From: Eledone cirrhosa
Taxonomy: Eukaryota
Length of the DNA stretch: 64,000 nt
Direction: 5' to 3'
Assembly: GCA_964016885.1 (NCBI GenBank)
Contig: OZ024741.1
Coordinates: 293,260,001-293,324,000 of the forward strand
Numbering within the stretch: the first letter of the stretch is position 1; each line of letters starts with the position of its first letter. The notes under the pieces are model-generated. The model was not told where the DNA came from. It did not search any database and saw only the letters and a list, made by a program, of their open reading frames with translations. Positions 13,625 through 25,971 of the stretch are shown piece after piece. Both the position numbers and the translations under genes were made by a program.

Positions 13625-14117
13625 GGCTTCTAATTTAGGCACAGCAATTTTGGTGGAGGAGAAAGTAGATTAAATCGACCCAAGTGCATGACTGTCATTT
13701 TATTTTATCGACCCCATAAGGATGAAAGGCAAAGCTAACCTCAGCGGCATTTGTACTCAGAAAGTAAAGGGACGTAACTCTGTGACGCAAAGCATGTTGT
13801 CTGACGCTCTACCTATACTGCCAATCTTCCACCCTTGTTTACAAAATAATAATAATAACAAAATATTTTCATCCAGTAAAACAAAGTAAAAACCCAGTAT
13901 TATAATTGCCAGTAGATAAATAATAATAGTTTCTAATTTGGGGGAATGGAAAGTCGATTAAATCGACCCCAGTACATTGCCCTTACTTTATTTTATCAAC
14001 CATGTAAGGAGAAAAGACAAAGTTAACCTTTGTGGTATATAAACTGAGAACGTAAAGGAATATAACTTTATGTTGCAAAGCATCCAATGCTATACTTATA
14101 TTGCCAGTCTACAACCC
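13625..14117 (-). mobile_element. Two SINE family A copies (13625-13835, 13928-14117)
   Basis: Reverse complement of the SINE A consensus. Confidence 0.8.
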
Positions 14118-14389
14118 TTTGCTATGTCAATAATAATAGTAATAAATAGGCCCCCTTATGTCATGACTGACCATGGCAAGACCAGCAGTTGACTGTGCAA
14201 GCAATCTTCCTTCACACTACTAGTGTAATTTTTTAAATAGCTGAGATGACTGAAATGATGTGAAATAAATGACACAACAGCTCCTTCTCCCGATTTGGGA
14301 ATCAAACAGGGCTATGTGCTCCCACAATGATATATGAATTCATATATATATATATGCATATATAAATATATATATATATATATATATGC

Positions 14390-14456
<67 letters not shown>

Positions 14457-14571
14457 TATATAGATATATATAGATATATATAGATATATATATAGATATA
14501 TATTCATATATATATATATATATATTCATATATATATATATATTCATATATATATATATTCATATATATAT

Positions 14572-14720
14572 ATTGTTATGCTTTATAATAAATTGGAGTG
14601 AAAGCAACTGGTGCGTGTGTTTCTTATTGGCAACAAGACCCTCCCAAAGCATAACAATATCGGTTTCAACACATGTTTTCAGATAAAGGATCTTGCTAAA
14701 CAAATTCAGAAACGAAATAT
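14572..14720 (+). mobile_element. Ultra-short copy of the GIY-YIG Penelope-like family (3' end + tail, 13-bp inverted arm)
   Basis: Matches 53628-53718 and the reverse complement of 52566-52640; attgttatgcttt (14572-84) is inverted at 14646-58; lies in a TA tract. Confidence 0.85.
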
Positions 14721-14741
14721 ATATATATATATATATATATA

Positions 14742-15568
14742 TCATCATCATCATCATCATCATCATCTTCGTTTAACGTCCATTTTCCACGCTAGCATGG
14801 GTTAGACGGAAGTTGTCCACTTGAGGCAAGGCTGGTTGGGTGACCGTGTCTCGCTCATATAGGACTATCTGGCAGGTTTTCTACGGCTGGATGCCCTTCC
14901 TAACACCAACCACATTTACAGTGTGGAACTGGGAACTTTTTACCGTGTTACCTACACGGCACATTACAGCGTGGACTGTGTGTGTTTTTTTTTTGTCGTG
15001 ACACCTACACGAACTCGATCTCATTTTCTCATGCTGTTGGTGGGAGTGGGAGGATAGGGTAGGGGTAGTAGATTGGGGTGTATATTTGGTTAAGAGGTGC
15101 CTACTGACTGTAGGTTTCGCTTTGTACATAGGCAAGGCGGGTCTTCTGTATTACTGCGTAGCACCAAAGATCTTCGTCCAGAGACATTGTCTTAGAGAGA
15201 TGTGTGTGAGGTCGGAATTATCAGATCATCCCAGGTTTTTCTGGGTCTACCTACTCTGTAACTACCATCAATTTTGATTGCCCTGTACTTTTTTATGCAG
15301 CTGTCGTCTTTCATGCGCATCATGTGACCATACCAACGTAGTCTTCCCTCAAGTAAACAGCATCTGATCCCTCTTATTCCTAATTTCTCACTTAGTTCAT
15401 TTATGCTTTGCTGTTCATGTATATTACTATTACACATCCAACGGAGCCTACATGCTTCGTTCCTTTCCAGTCTACGCAGGTCCTCTGCACGTAATGCCCA
15501 TGTCTCACTGCCATGTAGCATTGCTGTTCGTATACATCATACAATCTGCCTTTCATTTTTAGAGAGAA
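14742..15568 (-). mobile_element. RTE-clade LINE 3' fragment, family 2 (long 3' UTR, (GAT)n tail)
   Basis: ORF 15192-15521 MLHGSETW..RLRWYGHMMRM..GRPRKTW; 3' UTR homologous to 20440-20775, 53921-54320 and 63580-64000. Confidence 0.9.
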
Positions 15569-16044
15569 TATATATATATATTTATTTATGCATACATATA
15601 TATATATGAATTCATATATCATTGTGGGAGCACATAGCCCTGTTTGATTCCCAAATTGGGAAATCATATATATATATATCATATATAAATATATATATAT
15701 ATATATTCATCTTCATCAACATATTTAACATCCATTTTCCACATTAGCATGGGTTGGATGATTTTTCCCATTGTGAAACAAGTCAGATCAAGTGACTGTC
15801 TGTTACTCGTAAAGAACTGTTTCTGGCCTGGTTTCTAGAGCTGGATACCCTTGCGAATGCCAACCACATTTACAGTGTGGTCTGGGTGCTTTTTATCATG
15901 GTATCAAATGACCAACTAACAGGTTGTACTTTGTAATTTTTCATCATCTCACCACCACGAAACCCTTACAGGGTGGACTGGGTGCTTTTTATTTTGTCAC
16001 AAACACAACCATATAACAGGATAGTTGTGTTGATGACATATATA

Positions 16045-16378
16045 TCATCATCATCATCATTTTACGTCCGCTTTTACCTGCTTGCAAGGGTGGGACGGGA
16101 ACTGATTCTGGTTTGATTTCTCCAGCTGGATGCCCTTCCTAACACCAACCTCATTTTACAGTGAGTGCTGGGTGCTTTTTTGCAGTGGCACCTCCACGAC
16201 CACTTTGCAATGGAATATGGACCCCAGTCCCTATCATCTCATTTGTACAGCTGAGTAAACTGGAGCAATGTGAAATAAAGTGTCCTGCTCAAGGAAACAA
16301 CACATCACCCATTCTGAGAATTGAACTCACAACCTTTCGATTGCAAAGCCAATGTTCTAACCACTAAGCCATGTGCCA
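16045..16378 (-). mobile_element. tRNA-derived SINE family B with CORE-like centre and RTE-derived tail
   Basis: Head ggcacatggcttagtggttag..gagttcaattc; centre ccttgagcaggacactttatttcacattgctccagtttactcagctgt; tail matches the RTE LINE end at 47632-47686. Confidence 0.85.
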
Positions 16379-16444
16379 CCATCAATGTATATGTATATAT
16401 GTGTATATATATGTATTTATCTATCTATCTATCTATCTAAGAAT

Positions 16445-16630
16445 GGGTGGTGGTTTGGCAGTATTGGTAGAGCATCAGACACCATGCTTTGCAGCATAGT
16501 TATGGCCCTTTACGTTCTGAGTTCAAATCCACCGAGGTTAACTTTGCCTTCCATCCTTACAAGATTGATAAAATAAAGTACCAGTGGTGCACTGGGGATA
16601 ATTGCTGGCCTTGTGCCAAAAGTAGAAACT
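16445..16630 (+). mobile_element. SINE family A
   Basis: Consensus match. Confidence 0.85.
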
Positions 16631-16730
16631 TACACCCTTGTGGAAAATAAAGAAATATATCTTATGTGTATATATATATAAGCGGACATAAAATGATGAT
16701 GATGATGATGATATATATATATCTATATAC

Positions 16731-16770
<40 letters not shown>

Positions 16771-16773
<3 letters not shown>

Positions 16774-17452
16774 CATCATCATCATTTTACGTCTGCTTTT
16801 CCCTGCTTGCAAGGGTGGGATGGGTCCTATTCAGCACAGCATCTCTCCACTTGTCACGGTCCTTCGTCATCTCCTCAGTGAGCTTGAGCGATCTGAGGTC
16901 TGCTCTCAACAACTCTGCCCATGTTTTTCATGGTTTTCTTCTACTGCGTCTTCCTTCTACTGGGAGTTCTTGGCACTTCTTTACCAGCAGTCATCCTCCA
17001 TGCGCATAACATGTCCATACCATCGCAGTCTTCTCTCCCCAACACTACAACTTATCCCTTTTATACACAGTTTCTCTCTGAACTCATTTATGCTTGGTTG
17101 TTCCCGCACATTGACATTACACATCCAACAGAGCATGCTTGCTTCATTTCTCTCCAGCCGTCGCATATCCTCTGCAGTTGCTGCCCATGTCTCACTACCA
17201 TGCAACATTGTGCACCTCACACAGGCATCATATAACCAGCTAGGTATCGGAAGCTATCAACCTCTTCTATAGAACCTACCTGCATTTGAAAAATGTGTCT
17301 ATCACTGTGACTTCTACTGTCAAATTTCCCTGTACATCTACTGCTTACGTATTTCTCCCTACCTGTTAGTTTGCCTGCTATCCCACTACATCTCTTGTGT
17401 ATCCAAGATCTGCATTGTGTACAGGTTATAGAATTTATGCCAGCTCCTTTTC

Positions 17453-17456
<4 letters not shown>
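16771..17456 (-). mobile_element. RTE-clade LINE 3' fragment, family 1, with internal deletion
   Basis: ORF 16981-17220 MLHGSETWAATAEDMRRLERNE..RLRWYGHVMRM; Cys-rich CRKG..CTQC..HKRC; homologous to 46485-47686. Confidence 0.92.
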
Positions 17457-17482
<26 letters not shown>

Positions 17483-17487
<5 letters not shown>

Positions 17488-17850
17488 ATAATAATGAATG
17501 TGAAGATTAAAATCCGAAGAGAGCTTGATAAGGATAATATATAGATATAAAAATATATAAAAACCGTAGAGCAAATATTTATTAAAATAACAGAGTAAAT
17601 ATGTCTCAAAAATCTACCATGTGTTCTGGAGGACTAAGGGTGTTTATTATTTTTTTTTCAAATTTTTGGTTATCAAAATTAGAGTGCATCCTCGAGGACG
17701 AAACGTCTTCGGCGCCGGGAAATATGATATATGTATATATATTAAAATTAAATGAGAAAAAGAACTCTAATTCTGCGAGTATAAGCAAGATAGTAAAAAA
17801 AAAAAAAACCCTTCTATCTAACTTCGCTTATGTACATATCTTGCTAATAT
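17483..17850 (-). mobile_element. Penelope-like remnant related to the 21647-22071 element
   Basis: 17483-17597 aligns with 21647-21756 (gaagattaaaatccgaagagagc..accgtagagcaaatatttattaaaataacaga); between TA tracts. Confidence 0.6.
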
Positions 17851-18586
17851 ATATATATATATATTTATATATACATGTGTATGTATGCAATCTAAGTAAT
17901 CAGTTAATGAGATGGAATTGCTAAGATGTCAAATCATTTCTAAAGAATCTGTATAATATTACTATAAATACTCATTACATTAAGAAGTAATTGTAGACAT
18001 CAGTTCAGCCATTCATCGGATGAAAGCTTGACGGGGAGAAGAAATTGGGAGATGTAATTAGGAGAAGAAATACAACTAAAATATAACATAAGCACACACA
18101 CACATCCGTATATATATGTTCACATACACGTACAAGCACACACACACACATGTACATATGCTCACATACACACACAATCACACATGTACATATGCTCACA
18201 CACATGGACAGGCACACATACATGTACACTATGAAATTTTGTTTATGTATGTGTTTTTGATTTTAAAATGCTTGATGATGGAAATTACTTTGACAACTTT
18301 GCATGTATACAAACGCACACACACACACATATATGTATATACACAAACACACACACTCACACACATGTGTGGGGGTGTATGTATGTGTAGATATCTAGAA
18401 AGTTTTAATCAAGTGATTGTAGTAATCCACAAAGAAAGAACTCAATGCTAATAACAGAGTCATCATTTCTTGTCCAGTATGTTTCAAATCATCAGATAAT
18501 ATATATATGTGCATGTGTGTATTTGTATACATATAGACAGATAGATAAATGTATCTATGAGTATATATGTATGTATATATGTATGT

Positions 18587-19050
18587 GTCGAGTCACTTTT
18601 GAGTGCTACTGGTAACATGTAACCCAGTACAAACTGTCACATGGTCGGGTCGTCGGCAACTAAATCGGAAACCCCACCAAGTTTACTTGGTGAGGAGGGT
18701 GATTTTGGACACCCTGCGGGAAAAAACAAAACCTGACAAAGGGCGGAAGAACACATAAGAGTTAACGGCCATCCAAAAGTCTGTAAATATGTATATACAC
18801 ATGTACCGTGCGGTTAAACCACTGGGAGTGATGGACCCCTAGCCTTTGTCAGGGCATTCTTTTAGGAGAAGGCAACTCAGGAAACTGGGATAACTCCAAA
18901 ATAAAACCTGCACCTCAGTAGTTACTGATGATGTTGATATTTTCTTCTTTTCGGGTTATAGCTACTGTCACTCAGAGAGTGGGATTGGCTCAGTGCACAG
19001 TCTTTCCTCACTTTAAAAAATATCTTCACGCACAGGCATTGCACGATAGA
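18587..19050 (+). mobile_element. Non-autonomous retroelement / LINE 5'-UTR-like element
   Basis: 5' ~200 bp homologous to an inverted copy at 20225-20405; ends cattgcacgat plus AT tail. Confidence 0.55.
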
Positions 19051-19060
19051 ATTAATTAAT

Positions 19061-19246
19061 TGTTTCTACTTTAGGCACAAGGCCAGCAATTACCCAGTGC
19101 ATTACTGGTACTTTATTTTATCGACCCCGTAAGGATGAAAGGCAAAGTCAACCTTGGCGGGACTTGAACTCAGATCGTAAAGGGACGCAACTATGCTGGA
19201 AAGCATGGCGTCCGACTCCCCCAGCGATACTGCCAACCCACCGCCC
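19061..19246 (-). mobile_element. SINE family A, full length
   Basis: 19-bp TSD cacgatagaattaattaat at 19042-19060 / 19247-19265. Confidence 0.95.
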
Positions 19247-19324
19247 CACGATAGAATTAATTAATAATTATTAATAATAGTATATCGTGCAATGGCTATA
19301 CTCCATAACGAGGGAGCAGCCATC

Positions 19325-19405
<81 letters not shown>

Positions 19406-19944
19406 GTGTGTACACACACACACATATATATAATATATATATATATGGGTGTGTGTGTGTGCGAAGTACAGTGTGGCTAATCTAGCCAGACTTGTCTCAT
19501 TATGTGGATGGCCTGACTAACCTATCCAAGCATGAAGAATGGACATTAAATGGTGATGATTATATATATATATATATAATCATCATATATGTATATGCAT
19601 ATACATATAGATATATAGATAGATACATATATACATATACACATGCACACACACACACACAGACATACACACACATTAGTGCGTGCGTGTATGGGTTTTG
19701 GAGTTTCAAAATAACCATATATACCTTTAATATTAGTTTTGGAAACATATATTTCTTGAAAGTATTTAACCCTTCCCATAGCTATTCCAGACATCTCATG
19801 CAAGAATATGACCAGAAAATATTCTGAAAAGCATTTGTTTTCATAAACATATATTTAGCAATAGTTTTTATTACTTTTTTATTGTTTGCTTCTTATTATA
19901 TAGCGTATCTATTTTAATGGATGAAACTCAATTTTGAGTAATGC

Positions 19945-20405
19945 CCTAGCTTTATATTAATGCATGAGCATCACGGACATGGCTTTTGAGTCCTGCATGG
20001 GAATTGCCTATGGCCATATGTCACATATCAAGCAATGCCTGTGCTCCAAGCTTTTTTAAGTGAGGAAAGACTTTGCAAGGGGCCAACCCTGCAATCTGAA
20101 CATCAAATGCATTTGCCCAAAATGAAGAACTAGTCTACATCATTGGATGCAAATGAAGTCACAGGTTTTATGTCACAGTGCCTTTCTCCTAGAGTCTCTC
20201 GCTCCACAAAAAAAAAAAAAAATACTTTATTGGATGGCTGTTGACTCTGCTAAGTTCCTCCACCCTTTGAGGAGTTTTGTTTTTCATCCCACAGGGTGTC
20301 CAAAATCAAGCTTGATGGGGTTGCCAGTTTTGTCACTGACGACCCAACCCTGCAATAGGTTATACTGTATTACATGTTACCAGTAGAGTTGAAGAGCACC
20401 TGACA
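19945..20405 (-). mobile_element. Diverged relative of the 18587 element
   Basis: Reverse complement shares ctactggtaacatgtaa, gggtcgtc, gattttggacaccctg and gccatccaa. Confidence 0.55.
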
Positions 20406-20439
20406 TAATATATATAGTATATACATACATATATATATA

Positions 20440-20775
20440 CCACCCCCACCCCATCCACACCACCCCGTTCTATGTAAAGTTATGTTGGTGCCGCGCCATC
20501 CAGGCCGAAACAAATGAGATCGTGTAGGTGTCACGACAAAAAAACACACAGTCCACGCTGTAATGTGGCCGTGTAGGCAACACGGTAAAAACCTCCCAGA
20601 CCCACACTGTAAATGTGGTTGGTGTTAGGAAGGGCATCCAACTGTAGAAAACCTGCCAGACAGTCCTATGCGAGCAAGACAATCACTCTTGCCTCAAGTG
20701 GGACTACCCCCGTCCAAACCCATGCAAGCGTGGAACACGGACGTTAAACGTTGATGATGATGATGATGATGATGA
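20440..20775 (+). mobile_element. RTE family 2 3' UTR fragment
   Basis: Matches 63941-64000; ends ggacgttaaacgttgatgatgat. Confidence 0.85.
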
Positions 20776-20780
20776 TATAT

Positions 20781-20844
20781 AACACTATCGGTTTCAACAC
20801 CTGATCCCAGATATGAATCATTGCAAAACAAATACAAAAACGAA

Positions 20845-20906
<62 letters not shown>

Positions 20907-21599
20907 TATGTTGATACAGATAGTGTTATATTTTGGGAGGGTCATGCTCTCAAGAAAAATACATGCACCTGTTGGTTTTCACTTCAATTTATTATAAACT
21001 TCCAGTTCATTAGTTAGTTTAATAACCAGATTGTTGTTTAATTGTTTACTGTCAAATTCTTTTGTCCCACATTCTGTGACCTCCGCAGTGACTAATTTAT
21101 TTTTGTGTCCCTTGTTTGTTCTGTCCTACACCATCTTGTTTTTGTGAGCTGTGTGTTTGGGTTGTGCTTGCAATATATATACGTGTGTATGTTTTTTTTT
21201 ATTTATTTATACATTTATTTACTTGTCACTAGCTGGTTGCTTGTTCTATTTGTGTGTGTCTGGTTTGTTTTATCAATTTGGTTCTTGTGTGTCTCTGTAT
21301 GTCTTTAGTTACAAGTTGTAATGTTGTTGCTATTCTACTCATGTTTTCTATTTTTTTTTTGTGTTTTTTTGAGTACGTATATGTTTGTCGCTTCTGTAAT
21401 CTGTCAGAGCATTGCGTCTTTTCTGTGTGGATATGATTTTTATTTTGGCATGTTGGTGGAGTACTGATGAGTTCTTCCCATCTTGACAATAAACAAACAA
21501 ACATCTGGTTATTAAACTAACCAACTGGAAGTTTATAATAAATTGAAGTGAAAATCAACAGGTGTGTGTGTTTGTATCAGCAACATCACTATCACAAAG

Positions 21600-21606
<7 letters not shown>
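20781..21606. mobile_element. Older copy of the GIY-YIG Penelope-like family with inverted arms, plus a separate tail fragment (20781-20845)
   Basis: 20920-21480 aligns with 52566-53160, including ORF remnants (cattgcgtc, gcatgttggtggagta) and a degenerate hammerhead at 21051-21092 (-); arm 21483-21606 is inverted. Confidence 0.8.
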
Positions 21607-21643
<37 letters not shown>

Positions 21644-21646
21644 ATA

Positions 21647-22071
21647 GTAATAATAATAAATTTGAAGACTAAAATCCAAAGAGGGCTCGATAAGGATAAA
21701 TATATATCAAATATATAAGAACCGTAGAGCAAATATTTATTAAAATAACAGATTAAAGTTTAAGCAAAGAATCGCTGCTTTCACACTTAACGGGATCTTC
21801 TGAAACTAACAAAGTCAATCTGTAAAAGCAGAAGTGAATATTTCAAAAAACGTTGCAACTGGAAGAAGAGAGGAAGACGATACTTTTGTATTTGTGAAGG
21901 GAACGTTTCCACGAACCAAAGTATCGTCTTCCTGTCTTCCTTCGGTTGCAACGTTTGTTGAAATATTCACTTCTGCGTTTACAGATTGACTTTGTTAGTT
22001 TCAGAAGATCCCGTTAAGGGTGAAAGCAGCGATTCTTTGCTTAAACTTTAATCTGTTATTTTAATAAATAT
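21647..22071. mobile_element. Fold-back element: IR ~21732-21895 / 21917-22071, tail on the left, in a TA tract
   Basis: Near-perfect ~155-bp arms; hammerhead-like cagaaga-tccc-gttaa-gggt-gaaa; fragment of the same family at 53829-53920. Confidence 0.8.
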
Positions 22072-22254
22072 ATATATATAGGAGAAAGATGAAAATGAAA
22101 CTGGAGTCATTAAGGAGGTTTGTTTACAATAATTTATAACTTTACCGGTTCCACGTGTTTCATGATTTTCAAAATTTAAGAGAGATGGAGAAATGTGTGG
22201 CTATGCCAACTTGCAACTTGCATATAAATACACACACACACACATATATGTATG

Positions 22255-22492
22255 TGAATCCTTGAACAAGACACTTTATTTCACATTGTTCCAGTTTACT
22301 CAGCTGTAGAAATGAGGTGTGACATCTCACTGGTGCTAAGCTCTATCGACCATTGCTTTTCCCTTGGTCAACATTTATGGTATGGTAAGGGGAGGCTGGT
22401 ATACATGGACAACTGCTGGTCTTCCCCAAACAACCTGACCCAGACTTGTGCCTCGGAAGGAAATTTTCTAGGTGCAAATCCCATGGTCATTC
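22255..22492 (+). mobile_element. CORE-like SINE, 5'-truncated
   Basis: ccttgaacaagacactttatttcacattgttccagtttactcagctgtagaaatgag. Confidence 0.7.
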
Positions 22493-23116
22493 GTGTTTAT
22501 ATATTAGTTTATCTAGAATTCTCATGATATTAGTAGAATGCCCCAGCATCCTACACACATACACATACCAATATTTTTAAGTATCCTGTTTAGTTGGTTT
22601 CACCTGACTCGTTCTCCATTTACTTGGATTGTGTGGTGTCTCTGTGTCTGATGATGATCATATATATATGTGATCATCATCAGTAGCACCATTTGACGCC
22701 AATTTTCCCATGTTAGCATAGGTTAGATGTGTTGTCCTATTGTGAGCCAAGCCAGAGCAGATCACTGTGTCTTGCTCATACTTAACTGATTTGGGCTTGG
22801 TTTCTATGGCTGAATGACGTTCCTAATGTCAAACATATTTACAGAGTGAACAGGGCTCTTTTTATCATGATTCCTACATGACCACTTTACAGTGTGGACT
22901 AGATGCTTTGTTGTGGATCCAGAAATTACTCCTTTATAGTGTCGACTGTTGGCTGGGTTGGGGATATATATATATTTCTCCCCTCCTCTCCCCATTCTTT
23001 TATCCCAAAAACTTATTTTAGTTATTGTTCTCCCTAGGCTGAGGTATCTTGTCTCTAACACGAAGAAATACCAATGATTCCTAGTAGACAACTGACGCCC
23101 GTAACTTTTATTTTTC

Positions 23117-23169
<53 letters not shown>

Positions 23170-23171
<2 letters not shown>

Positions 23172-24051
23172 TATGAAGAGAGAAGAAACATTTAGATATA
23201 ATTAGTAATAAAATGTATCATACCTAAACTGTTCCTAAATTCCTCGACTACGTAGTTTCGTGGCATAAACAAAAACAATATATCAAAGATATAGAGTCCT
23301 TGCGAGGTCTGCCGACTTATCAAGAGGATACCTCATTTTACTAGTCTCAAGAACGCGTCTACACGATGTGAGAAAGAATCCCTTAACTCACAGTTGGGTG
23401 CGGATGCATTCATGTATATATGTGTGTGTCCGCATGTATCTGTGTGTTTCTAAATATATTAATAACTCCCTCTGGTCGAGCAATCTTTGAAGTGTGGGGA
23501 CAACTGGAAAGCTTCCATTACTCATACTTCTCGCCTTCTTCACTACCTCTTCTACGGCCTCGATATGAATACCCCCTCCGCCTCCGTGGTATTTTCTTCG
23601 TGGTTATAAGAGGCTTAGCTCTGTTTCTCGACCGTTATATCGCGTGACTGTCTCCCCCTCCGCCTTTTGGGATTCTTTCTCACATCGTGTAGACGCGTTC
23701 TTGAGACTAGTAAAATGAGGTATCCTCTTGATAAGTCGGCAGACCTCGCAAGGACTCTATATCTTTGATATATTGTTTTTGTTTATGCCACGAAACTACG
23801 TAGTCGAGGAATTTAGGAACAGTTTAGGTATGATACATTTTATTACTAATTATATCTAAATGTTTCTTCTCTCTTCATAATGTATTTTTAACTCTGATAC
23901 TGGTTCAGTCTGGTTCAAACTGAATTGGTCTGTCCCAGTCATTCATTGAGCAACATCGGTGAAGTTGGCACCCTTAACTCACAGTTGGGTGCGGATGCAT
24001 TCATGTATATATGTGTGTGTCCGCATGTATCTGTGTGTTTCTAAATATATT
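23170..24051. mobile_element. Fold-back Penelope-like element: IR 23170-23382 / 23669-23881, internal direct repeat 23380-23460 = 23971-24051
   Basis: Arms look identical by eye; bounded by TA tracts; contains a hammerhead. Confidence 0.85.
23723..23810 (+). ncRNA. Hammerhead ribozyme fold with variant core (mirror copy at ~23241-23328, -)
   Basis: tcctc TTGATAA gtcggca...tgccac GAAA ctacgtag TC gagga. Confidence 0.65.
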
Positions 24052-25547
24052 ATATATATATGTATGTATATTTGTGTGTCTGTATCCATTTAACTATCCA
24101 TCTTTCCATCACATTGTCTACTACTGTTATCTATTTGTCTGTCTGTGTCTTACAACATAACTAGAGTTTAGTGCTTGTCCTCCAACTTTATTTCCCCATA
24201 ACTTTCTTAATAATGTTTATCTGTGAATGATATTTTGTAGCAGTACATTTCATGGGTGTTGAATACGATTATAATGATGACATTAGAAATATATATTTTA
24301 TGTATTCATTTTTTCACAACTCCTATTTATTGAAATGGCATTAGATTCTTTTATGAAGTATACAACATTATTATGATTGATGTTATTCATTATCATATTG
24401 AATGCCATGATGGAAACATTTCTGAATTTAGGTTTAGCCTACTTATAAATACTGATCAATCATATTGCATAAGTGTAATATGGAAATATACAATAATGAA
24501 AGTAGACAAAATAAAATTAATGCATATTTTTAATTTCAATAACATAATTGTAAGTTATACCACTGAAAACATATTAAAAAATATACATTATTCTGACAGT
24601 TATAAGAAAACAAAATTTGGATGGGGGCACTTAACTGTAGTTATACCTGCTTGTTGTTTATTTATCTGTCAGTCTATCTGTTTCTGAGACAATGAGAACA
24701 CATCTATGTGATTACATTATCTGCTAGAACTAACAGTCATGTCTTCTACATATCCTATCGTATACTGTATTTTTTTTTTATTTATTTATAAAATAATGGA
24801 AGGATTTATTTCATACCATAGTACTGGATGCTATCCTTAAAAATACAAAATGATGATAGGTTTGCTAAGTCAGGGTGGATCTATGGCTAGACAACAACAA
24901 CTTAATGCAGTATCTATGGTGAATGATAGTGCAAGACATACCCATGTGAGAAGTTCAACACAACTTTAATTTGTTGAATAACTCCCCCATTATAAACCTT
25001 GAATTAGTGGCTATGATATTAAGGAGCTGAACGATTAACCACATGGCCATAATTTCATGTATATTTAATAACAACAATAATAATATAGAGAAATGGAAAT
25101 GGGAAATGTGAAATCAATAGATATTAAATTGGCAGTGTCATTAGAACAACAAACCGAGTGCTTTGTGTCATTTTTTTTCCATCTCTCTGTGATCTGAGAT
25201 CAAATCCTGTTGAGGTCAGTTTTACCCGTCATCATTTCAGGGTCGATAAAATAAAATACCATTTAAATGTGGAATGGCTCTTGAGTATCTTTAGTGAAGT
25301 CCTCTCTGCTGGATGCCTTTCTTCACAGGGGCTCTGAAATAAATCATGGGCACTGACCCTCCCTCTCTAACTAAACTGTTTATAAAATATTATCCAGAAA
25401 ACATAAAATCAATTTATGTCATTTGTCTATTTCTTAATTTTTAACTTTTAACCTGATTAATTTTTAAACATTATTATTAAAATATTAATATGTTAAAAGT
25501 TTGTAATGGGGACATGAGTATGGTGAAGCACGTCACCGTGTTTATGC

Positions 25548-25592
<45 letters not shown>

Positions 25593-25782
25593 TCAATTTA
25601 AACGTCCATATAGAGCTAGTAAGGTACGACTGACTAGTGGAAGTATCTAGTACTTCTTACAGTTAAGAAACAAAAAGGCAAGATATTCAGAGATAAGTGA
25701 ATATAAATATAAAAATTTAAATTAAAAAAATGAAATAAAACTTTAATTTGTTGAATAACTCCCCCGTTATAAACCCTGAATT

Positions 25783-25971
25783 AATTGTTTCTACTTTAGG
25801 CACAAGGCCAGCAATTACCCAGTTCATTACTGGTACTTTATTTTATCGACCCCCGTAAGGATGAAAGGCAAAGTCAACCTCGGCGGGATTTGATCTCAGA
25901 TTGTAAAGGGACGTAACTATGCTGGAAAGCATGGCGTCCGACCCTCTACCGATACTGCCAATCCACCGCCC
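25783..25971 (-). mobile_element. SINE family A, full length
   Basis: TSD ccccgttataaaccctgaattaat, with stuttered partial copies at the 5' junction. Confidence 0.92.

Noticed and set aside
14298-14325. Reads GIKQGYVLP, like the RT QG motif
   Set aside because: Only 9 codons and overlaps a SINE B-box; likely chance
17685-17720. atcctcgaggac-GAAA-cg-TC possible hammerhead 3' half
   Set aside because: No CUGANGA or stem I upstream; too incomplete to call
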